Source: the human T2T-CHM13v2.0 reference genome, Homo sapiens. Taken from it: 64,000 nucleotides of DNA. The stretch lies in the NCBI RefSeq assembly GCF_009914755.1, contig NC_060939.1. One strand, written 5' to 3'. This document shows positions 54,913-64,000 of this stretch, piece after piece; the first letter of the stretch is position 1, and each line of letters begins with the position of its first letter. Position numbers and translations under genes: made by a program. Below the pieces are notes generated by a model that was given only the letters and a program-made list of their open reading frames with translations, was not told the origin of the DNA and made no database searches.

Positions 54913-57100
54913 TAAAGTGATAGAAAGACAATGGTCAGAAAAGCAAGACTTTCATTTGTAGAAGCCAGGCTTTGTGGGGGTGGAAGAAAGCATGCGTGGG
55001 CTCTGAAGATCCTAAGCTTAGATGACTGGCCTTAGATGGGTGTCTGAAAAGGGAAGAAAACAGAGCATGACACAGATGGAGATGCAAGTGCCGCTGGGTG
55101 GCAAGAGACGAGGATCAGTGAGGACATGGAGGAGGCTGGCACCTCAGTCCCTGTGTCATGGTTCAGACTAGGGGTGGGCTGGGATGTAAAGATGGAGGAG
55201 GCTGTCTCATTTCTTCCAGAATCTGCAAGTATCAATGGGGGAACACTGAAGCAGGGAGGACCTGAAGCATCCTCTCAGTCCATCTCACCCTGAGACCCTT
55301 TCCCTTCCAGTAGTGTGTGAAGGGAGTGAGGAAATGTTCCCGGGCCCCAGAGAGGGGTCATGCAGGTGGCTGATATTGGGATCCACTGTGCTGTGGTGCA
55401 AGGGAACCCAAGAGACAGTGGGAGGGACAGCTCCAGGCCCGTGCAGGATAGGCTCAGTCTCAGAGGATTGACTAGGTCCATGATTGCAAAACTGGGTGGT
55501 GGGTCAGAGGAAAGTAGACCATCATACACTTAATCTGTTGAGAAAATGCAGCAATGGTCGCTGTTGCTGGAATGGAGGGGGAGCCAAGGCTGACACTCAG
55601 ACAGGCCTAGTCACCTCTACAGGGCTCAGCACCCCCTGGCTCCATAATGTCTTCCAAACCATGGTAGGTCTGTGTTTTTTGTTCATGTAACTCTCGTAAC
55701 TGTCATCCTATGGTGATGTGAGTATTGCTCAATGATTATTTTCTATCTAAACTGTTAGGCCCATGAGTGCTAGGACCACGTCTGCACCCCCAGAGGCTAA
55801 TGCAGTGCCTGGCACAGGGGCATGGATAATTATTTTAATAAACAAAGAGAGGAATGAGTGGGAGTCATGCCGTTAGTCGTTGGCTGAGTGGAGCTAGAAT
55901 CCCAGGTCCTGGGTCGGCTTGCATAGTTCCTCAAGGTGCTACTGGAAGGAGGAAAGCCTCCTCCTTGGGTGCCTTGAAGACAAGACCCACACATGTTTGC
56001 TGATTTGAGCAGGTCTGGGCTTGTCTCCACATGAGTGGGTCTTGCATGGGATTCGTCAGCTTCGGACACAGGTGTATTAGGCTGGGCCACATGTCACACT
56101 GTGTCCTGCCTCAGCCCTCTCAAAACTTGGCTCCCCTAACACCTAGAGGGGTCCTGTCCTGGCTAAGGGCTTTCCCAGCTCCCTTCCCACCCCACTCTGC
56201 CCTTCCTGCTGGCCGTAGGGCTTCTCCCCACCTCCCTCCACCAGGGGCTCCTGCCTTCCAGTCTCCTCCCAGTCTCTTTCCTGTCTCTGGACTGAAGGCC
56301 CCATAAAAAGTCACTTTGGCCTCAATCAATAGACCATCTCTTTAACAAGGGAGATGCTGGTTTGTAAAATGGAGCCTCCAAGGCTGGGCTGGGTGCAGAG
56401 CCAGCCCTTGCAGACAGCTCTGCCTTTCCGGATGGTGCATTAGGCAGCATCAGCAGATTTTTGCCTTTTATGAGGACATATATGACTCCCCAAAGAAACC
56501 TTAACAGAGAGGGGATCGGGAAAGTGGGAGAGTAGAAAGAAAAGTGAAGGAACATTATTCTGAAAGTGCAGAGAGGCTGCTCAGGTTTGGTTCTCTCTGC
56601 CACCTTCCTGTTCCTTTTCTAGAGTCCTTAAGTGCATCAGTAGTGTTATGCAACTAAGAAATTCACTCGCACAGTGTGAACACACAAGTTCACCCAGATA
56701 GAGAACGCACACAAACATGCACACGTGCTCTGGGCTGTCACCCATCACCATCACATACCCATGATGCTGTTCTTTAGGCCAGAAGTGCTGTCTGTCTGTC
56801 CCCTCCCTTCCATACTGCCCGGCTACCTCCCGGTCCTCTCTCACGCCTTGGCCCACTTTTCAATCATCATCCTCAGGGAGTCCCCGGGCCCAGTCCCCTG
56901 GTTAAAGGCACAAGGTGCCTCCCTCTTTTGAGGCATTTTCTGTACTTGGAATTTGACATTTATTTGCTTATGACACACGCCTCACCTACCAGGCTGTAAC
57001 CTGCAAGTGACAAGGACAGTTTTGTTCTATCTTCCACCCTTAGCATGTTGTCTTGTACATAGCAGGTCCTCATGAAATAATTGCTAAATGAATTAATGGA

Positions 57101-57975
57101 TGTGATAGACAACTTCTAAACCACCGCCCAGTGCTCTTTACCCCTGACATTTATGCCCTTGTGTAATCCCCTTCCCTTGAGTGACTCACTTCTAATGAAT
57201 GCAAGACAGCAAAGGTGCAGTGGACTGAATGTTTCCCCCAAACATTTACATATTGAAATCCTAACTCCTGCTGTGGTGGTATTGGGAGGTGGGACCCTGG
57301 GGAGGTGATTAGGTCATAAGGGTGGGGTCCTCATGAATGGCATTAGTGTCCTTATAAAAGGAACCCCAGAGAGCTGTCTTGCCCTCTCTGCCATATAGGA
57401 TATGAGAAGATGACAGTCTGCAACCCAGAAGAGAACCCTCACAGAACCTGACCATGCCGGCACCCTGATCTCAGGTTTCCAGCCTCCAGAACTGTGAGAA
57501 GTAAGTTTCTATTGTTTATAAGTCACTCAGTCTCTGGTACTTTGCAACAGCAGCCTAAATGGACTAAGACAAATGGGGATAGGTGTTGCCTGTGTGATCA
57601 GGTTCCCATTCTGTCCTCTCTCTCTCCTCAACTTGCTTGCCCTGATGCAGCTGGCTCCCATGTGTAAAGTGCTCTATGGAGAGGCCTGTGTGGCAAGGAA
57701 CTGGGAGTAGCCTCCAGATGACAGCCAGTAAGGAACTGAGACCCTCAGTCCACCAACCCATGAGGAACCCATGCAATGACCACATGAGTCAAACTTTGAG
57801 ATGACTGCAGACCGAGCCAGCCCCTTGATAAGAGCTTTGTGAGAGGATCAGAGCCAAAGGACCAGGTAAGTTGTGCCAGATTCCTGACCCACAGACACTA
57901 CAAGATGATAACTGTTGTTCATTTAAGCCACTAAATTGGGGTCATTTGTTATGCAGCAATAGATGAGTTTTACAA
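57101..57975 (+). mobile_element. MaLR LTR (MLT1E-like) with a nested MLT1A
   Basis: cccttgtgtaatccccttcccttgagtg; ggagaggcctgtgtggcaaggaactg; ttgttatgcagcaatagat. Confidence 0.75.
57216..57571 (+). mobile_element. MLT1A-type solo LTR
   Basis: tgcagtggactgaatgtt...aatggactaagaca; TSD aaagg/aatgg. Confidence 0.85.
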
Positions 57976-58112
57976 CAAATGGATGACTGAGAAACAACCA
58001 CCAACGCCCCATCATGCATTGAAGCCTGTCCTCATCATGTAGTTGAATACAATCAAATCTGCCCCTCCACACAGCTCAACCACTTTACCATACAGGAGCA
58101 ATGTTTTGCATA

Positions 58113-58156
58113 GACACACACACACACACACGCATGCATGCACACACACACACACA
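58113..58156. repeat. Interrupted (CA)n
   Basis: Two CA runs separated by cgcatgcatg. Confidence 0.9.
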
Positions 58157-59474
58157 TTCTGAAAGGTACTCTCCCTTTCTCTATTTTTGCTACCTTACTA
58201 CCCCATTCAGGTAGATAGCACCCAAAAATCTCACTGTGTCAGGCCAGAGTGCCAGGCCCACTTGGAAACCACCCCCTGGCCTGTCACTGAGCCCATCATC
58301 CTCATGGGCCCTCCTGTCCGTTTCTGTGTCACCACTAAGGCCAGAGTTACCAACTGCCCAGTGATCTCATCACAGAGACTAAGTGTTAAGGCTAAGGAGC
58401 TGCAGCAAGGGTGGGCAATTGCAGGGGAAGTTGTCCCTCGAGCACCCCCCAGCCACCCAGGTCTGCCTCACAGAAGGCCGCCTGTGCTTCTGTGGCTCAG
58501 CCCCTCTCCTGCTGTCAGCTGCAGGCCTGGCCTGGCCAGCGTGGAGGAAATAAAAGAGAACTGTTCTCGGCCTGGAGCTTCCACTAGGGCAGCATTGGGA
58601 GGTGGCAGTGCACACCCTTCCCCTGTTGCCTCACTTGCCCTGTCCCAGCCTCCCTAGGCTCTGGAGGGGAGCCTCTGCTGGCCCACGGCTCACAGGGCCC
58701 TTCTCTGGGGGTTGTTTCTATAAGGAGGACCACCACTTAAACTGTAACAGAAGAGGCTCACATTTCTGGTGTGGGGACGGGCTAATTTTTAGAGACTCTA
58801 AGCCAGGCAGATCTTCCAGCAGTAGCACAGTATCCTTTATTGAGGGGTGGGGAGTGGAGTGAAGGCTATTGACAAGTCAAAGTCCAGAAAACCTGCATTT
58901 CTTCTCCTCTCTCCCTATCATTAACCCAGAGGGCCTGCCTTGTCCTGGGCCTAATGAAGCTATTCGGAGTCTAGAGCTGGCTTCCCTGGGAAGGATAGTC
59001 GAGGGACACCTGCAGGCGTTTTGCTTCTTGCTTTCTCAGACCTTGTTCTCTCTCAAATCTGCTCTCCGTAGGCAAAATATGGGGAAGATTGGTGCTCTTC
59101 CATCAGGCCCCATGACCCTCCTTTGTGGAAATGAGCAGCACGGGCCAGTCTTCTAGAAAGATTGTCTTTCCGACGCTTCCTGTAGGCAGGTCCAAGGCTG
59201 TTGTTCTTTGCCTGTCACCTCCGTGGAGCCACTGCTTCCGTCCCAAGAGCTTGGGTAGTAGGCTTCTGGTCTGGAAAGTTCTTACTGGCACTAGCAGAGT
59301 CACAGGCATTCACTGGGGAGGGGGCCAGGTGAGGCTGGAGTCTTGTTTGAAAAGCAGAGTTGGGATGCCTTTAGAATAATCAGTGGTGAATCCTCACATG
59401 GCCTCAGTCCCTGCGTCCCTGAGCCCTGCACCCAGCATGTTGTATGTCCACGTGTTTTTGTGTGTTTGCGTGTA

Positions 59475-59937
<463 letters not shown>

Positions 59938-60060
59938 TAAAGGCGATAAAAGTGGGGACTCCTACCTGGCAAGTAGCCCCATAGTTAAAGAAATTGAAAA
60001 TTTTCCCTAATGCAGATCATCTGTCATCTATCTACCTATCTAATCCCTAATAAAATCTAC

Positions 60061-60124
60061 TATCTATCTATCTATCTATCTATCCATCCATCCATCCATC
60101 CATCCATCCATCCATCCATCCATC
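60061..60124. repeat. Compound STR (TATC)6(CATC)10
   Basis: Direct count. Confidence 0.95.
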
Positions 60125-60149
60125 ATCATCTATCTATCTTCAATGGCCA

Positions 60150-60400
60150 AGTAGCTCTGCATATCAAGGAACTCATAATCTAGTTACAAAGACCAAAATC
60201 ACAAATGAGACGATTAACAGATACCATGAGACTGTTATACAGTTATGCTGAGATACCTTTTATAAATGCCCCAGGGATTCAGAAAAGGAAATCAGAATAG
60301 CTGATAAAAGCTTCATTAAGGAGAGGGGATTGACCAGGGCCTTGGAGGGTAAGAGAGAATTTGAATGGGCAAAAAGTGTGTGTGTGTTTGTGTGTATGGA
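60150..60400 (-). mobile_element. L2 fragment
   Basis: tcaaggaactcataatctagt...aagcttcattaaggagagggg...ggccttggaggg. Confidence 0.4.
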
Positions 60401-60779
60401 GAAGTTATAAGGGGGCCGGGATAGGGAGGACATGAGGAAGGGCCCAGAGGCAGTAAGGATGCGGAATGTAGGGTGAGGAGGGAAGGAGACAGCTGACCAT
60501 GTGCAGAGCGTGGGGGGAGAAGTTGTGAAATCAGGGACAGATTGTGAAGACAGACTTAGCGCAGGTGGCAGCGGGGCAGGCAGTGGGTCTCTGGTCCACG
60601 TCAGACAGGGGCTGCATGAGTGATCTGAGCTGTTACATGCCCTTCTCACCTGTTCTTCAGCCTCCCAGGCAAAAATGGGGACTTACCAGGTAGGAGTCCC
60701 CGCTTTTATCTGAGTCCTAGACCTTCTACTTCAAGCCTCTCAGGGCTGCTTTCTCTCTTCCCTTCCATCTTTACTCAGC

Positions 60780-61780
60780 TTTCCTAGAGCCTCTACTCCT
60801 TGTCCTTCAGTTCTGTTATACTCCAGCCATTTGCTGTCTTTGTGCCTATATTGACACAGCTGAGCACTACCCCAAAGCCTCCCATGGCCATGTGCATTGG
60901 AGCCATTGTAACTTCATTGTCTCCAACAGTTCCCTCCATGACTAGTAATCTTTCTATGTCTCTAATGGCCTCTGTTTCCTGCTCCACACAGGCCATTACA
61001 ATTCTTCTCTCAGACTCCAACCCCACCATTCCCCTGCCTGCTGCCCTGCAGCCCCTGTCACCATCAGCAATAACCTTGCGAATGCCCCAACTTCCTGCCA
61101 TCAAACCTAAACCTCTCTGAACTTGCACCTATATTTTCCTTCTCTCTCCTGACACCACAGATAAATCTGAGCCCTTCTCTCATTTTTCAGGGACCACTCT
61201 TCCCTCCCTTGCTTATATCTGTAAGCTTTACCTCTCTGCTGGTCTCTTCCCATCAACATTTCAATATGTTCAAGGCTTTATTATCTTAAAAAAAAAAACC
61301 CTCAAGTTTTCTCCTTTACTTTCCATCTTTCCCCCTTTGTCATCTCCTTTCTTTCTTTCGCAACCACATTTCCTGAGTGTTTTCTGCCATCATTGTCTCA
61401 CTCCCTTCCATGCCTACTCTTCAACACTTGGTCATTAAATTTCTGTCCCATCCTGTCCATTGAGATTGATTTCCTCAAAATCATTGGGACATGCTTCTGC
61501 TAAATCCAATGGGCATTTCCATTTCCTGTTTGTGTGACCCGCTAGCTGCACTTGGCACTGTGGACCATTCCCTTCTTCCGAGTCTCACTTCCTTTGTCTT
61601 CTGTCACTCTCCCTATTTTCTTCCCATCTCTCTGGTCACTAATTTTTTGTCTCCTTTAATGCTTTTGCTGAATGTTGCTTGAATGTTCCTGCCCTTTGGG
61701 ATCCTTCCTTAGGCCCTCTGCTCTTGTCAGCCTTCATACTTTGACCAGGCTCTGTCAGCGTCTAACCACGATGACATCTA
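60780..61780 (+). mobile_element. Old L2 ORF fragment
   Basis: ctgctggtctcttcccatcaacattt; tgctaaatccaatgggcattt...gctgcacttggcactgtggaccattcc resembles L2 SAAFDTVDH. Confidence 0.6.
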
Positions 61781-62700
61781 TATAGTCAGGACTTTGGGTT
61801 GCAAATGACAGCAACCCAATTCACACTAGCTCAAGCAAAACTAAAGAGAAATGTTTGGCTAGCATAATAGGCTAGTTTAGAAGTAGAGTGAAACTCGGCA
61901 TGTCTGGATCTAAGGACTCAAATGATGTTGTCAGGCCTCTTTCTCTCTGTATTAGTTTGTTCTCACGCTGCTAATAAAGACATACCCTAGAGTGGGTAAT
62001 TTATAAAGGAAAGAGGTTTGATTGACTCATAGTTCCACATAGCTGACAAGGCCTCACAATCACGGCAGAAGGCGACTGAGGAGCAAAGTCACATCTTACA
62101 TGGCAGCAGGCAAGATAGCTTGTGCAGGGGAACTCTTATTTATAAAACCACCAGATCTTGTGAGACTTACTCATTACCACGAGAACAGTATGGGGGAAAC
62201 CACCGCCATGATTCAATTATCTCCACCTGGGCCCGCCCTTGACATGTGGGGATTATTATAATTCAAGGTGATATTTGGGTGGGGACACAGCCAAAACATA
62301 TCACTCTCCCACCATTTCCACTCCAGCCCTGTCTCTATCATTGTCTTGGCCTCATTCTCTTCTGTTGCACAGGATTTCTCATGGAGTCTGGGGAGGGCAC
62401 AGGGTGATCATAAATGACTCGGCCTTTTAGCATCCTAGATAACTACTCTGGAGGAAAGAAAGAACTTCTTCTCCCATTCCTGGGAAAGGACAGTGGTTGA
62501 TCTAACTGGAGTCACATGCTGACTCAAAGAACCTGAATGAATTTGGGGTAGTAAGAATTGCCAGCCCCCCTGGACCACATGGAATTGTGGAAGAACAGAT
62601 CCCTAAAGAAAAAAAGAGTACTACTGCCAGAAGAAGGGAGAGGAATACAGGATGCACAAAGCAGATATTTACCATAAAAGCTCCTATTTATGTTTTCCCA
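61781..62700 (-). mobile_element. Old MaLR LTR (MLT1K/L-like) split by THE1
   Basis: gtcaggactttgggttgcaaatgacagcaacccaattcacactagctcaagcaaaa. Confidence 0.6.
61948..62303 (-). mobile_element. THE1B-like solo LTR
   Basis: tgtattagt...gctgctaataaagacatacc...ccaaaacatatca; perfect TSD ctctc. Confidence 0.92.
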
Positions 62701-62925
62701 TCCAGACCTTTACCCTGCATTTCAGAATTATAGATATCTTCATTTGGATGTTGCAAACTCAGCAAGTCTTTCTTTACACAAATTTCCTAGAAAATAAATC
62801 CCTACACAAAATGCCTATGGTAAGGCTGTATTGGGTGGTACAAATCCAGGGTAGCAAAGTATAAGAGAAGTAGGCACATGGGGCAGAGGAGGAGGGAAGC
62901 AAACATGAGATGGTGTGTTACCGAG

Positions 62926-63358
62926 TGTTTGGGGTTGAATTGTGTCCTCAGAAAGATATGTTGAAGTCCTAACTCCTAGCACTGCAAATGTGCCCTTATT
63001 TGGAAATAGGGTCTTTGCAGATGTGGTTAATTATATTAAGAGGAAGGCTAGCTGGATTAGACGGGATATGATTGGTGTCCTTATAAAAAGAGGAAAGGGC
63101 ACGCAGAGGGGAGGAGGCCATTTGAAGACAGAGGCAGAGATGGAGTAAAGCTGCCACAAGCCAAGGAACACCTGGGGCCCCCAGATGCTGTAAGAGGCAA
63201 GAAAGGATTCTCCCCTAGAGCCCTCAGAGGTAGCATGGCCCTGCCAGCATCTTGATTTCCAACTTCTGGCCTCCAGAACTGTGAAAGAATAAATTTCTGT
63301 TGTTTCAAGCCACCCAGTTTGTGGTACTTTTTTACGGCAGCACTAGGAAGTGACTGCA
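62926..63358 (+). mobile_element. MLT1B/C solo LTR
   Basis: ccttatttggaaatagggtctttgcagatgt; ccagaactgtgaaagaataaatttctgttg; TSD ccgag/ccaag. Confidence 0.88.
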
Positions 63359-63390
63359 CCAAGCTAGCCACAACTTCGTTAAAAATGCAG

Positions 63391-63668
63391 GCAATTTTGG
63401 GAGGCCAAGGTGGGAGGATTGCTTGAGGCCAAGAGTTCAAGACCAACTGGGGCAACATAGTGAGATCTCCATCTCTAAAATAATAATAAAAAAAATTAGC
63501 AGGGCATGGTGGTGCTTGCCTGTAGTCCCAGCTACTTTGGAGGCTGGAGGCTGAGGTGGGAGGATCATTTGATCCCAGGAGTTTGAGGCTGCAGTGAGCC
63601 ATGATCACACCACTGCATTCCAGCCTGGGCAACATAGTGAGACCCTGTCTCAAAAAGAAATAAAATAA
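63391..63668 (+). mobile_element. AluJ, slightly 5'-truncated
   Basis: Starts gcaattttgggaggccaagg; TSD taaaaatgcag. Confidence 0.92.
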
Positions 63669-64000
63669 AAATGCAGCCTGTTGCTTGGGCACATGGAAAG
63701 TTTTATAAACAGGACTAACAGAAGAACCATGCCTTGGAACACTTCTTTGGGGTTGGGGGTAGAGAGAAAAAGATTTAGCTGGTGGCTTCTTTCTGTACTT
63801 ATAAGCCAGGTCTATTTCATGGTTAACTCCCACCCATTTCTGGGTTGTGTTAATTGGCCCCTCCAGGGATCCACTGGAGAAACCAGACCGCAAGCTTTCA
63901 GTCTGGTGCTTCAGCTGGACCAAAAAGTGATCAGAGAAGCCGTAGTCTCCAACGGGTTCAGCCAAGTCCAGGGATGACTGGAGCTTGAAAGAGCTGTTGA

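Larger units (their letters stand above)
59945..60710. repeat. Inverted repeat pair with arms 59945-59982 and 60675-60710
   Basis: gataaaagtggggactcctacctggcaagtagccccat is the reverse complement of atggggacttaccaggtaggagtccccgcttttatc except for 2 substitutions and a 2-nt indel. Confidence 0.92.

Noticed and set aside
60793-61128. Overlapping 106-111 aa ORFs on both strands, Ser/Thr/Pro-rich
   Set aside because: Lie in pyrimidine-rich decayed L2 sequence; no recognisable protein
63081-63965. Longest ORF (294 aa, minus strand)
   Set aside because: Reads through an antisense AluJ and an MLT1 LTR; no domain signature

Overview
Hominoid (most likely human) genomic DNA. It carries a full-length SVA, about 23 Alu/FLAM elements, L1/L2/L3 fossils, many MaLR/ERV LTRs and MER DNA-transposon relics, which together cover well over half of the window by eye. 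I can support no protein-coding gene, RNA gene or CRISPR array. The long ORFs in the track are read-throughs of Alu, SVA, L1, LTR or simple repeats. The window looks intergenic or deep-intronic, and I cannot name the locus. I found no convincing new biological system. The best second-look items are: (1) a 36-38 bp inverted repeat bracketing about 700 bp at 59945-60710; (2) a full-length SVA with a 15-bp TSD and an extra 5' G; (3) a 42-bp degenerate repeat at 21061-21240 whose cores differ only at synonymous positions in one minus-strand frame; (4) a TG/TGCATG array directly upstream of a splice-signal-bounded segment; (5) a perfect 35-bp tandem duplication; (6) a dense ATCAAT/ATTGAT cluster inside a MER5 relic. 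Repeat subfamily names come from remembered consensus sequences, not a search, and old-element boundaries are approximate.
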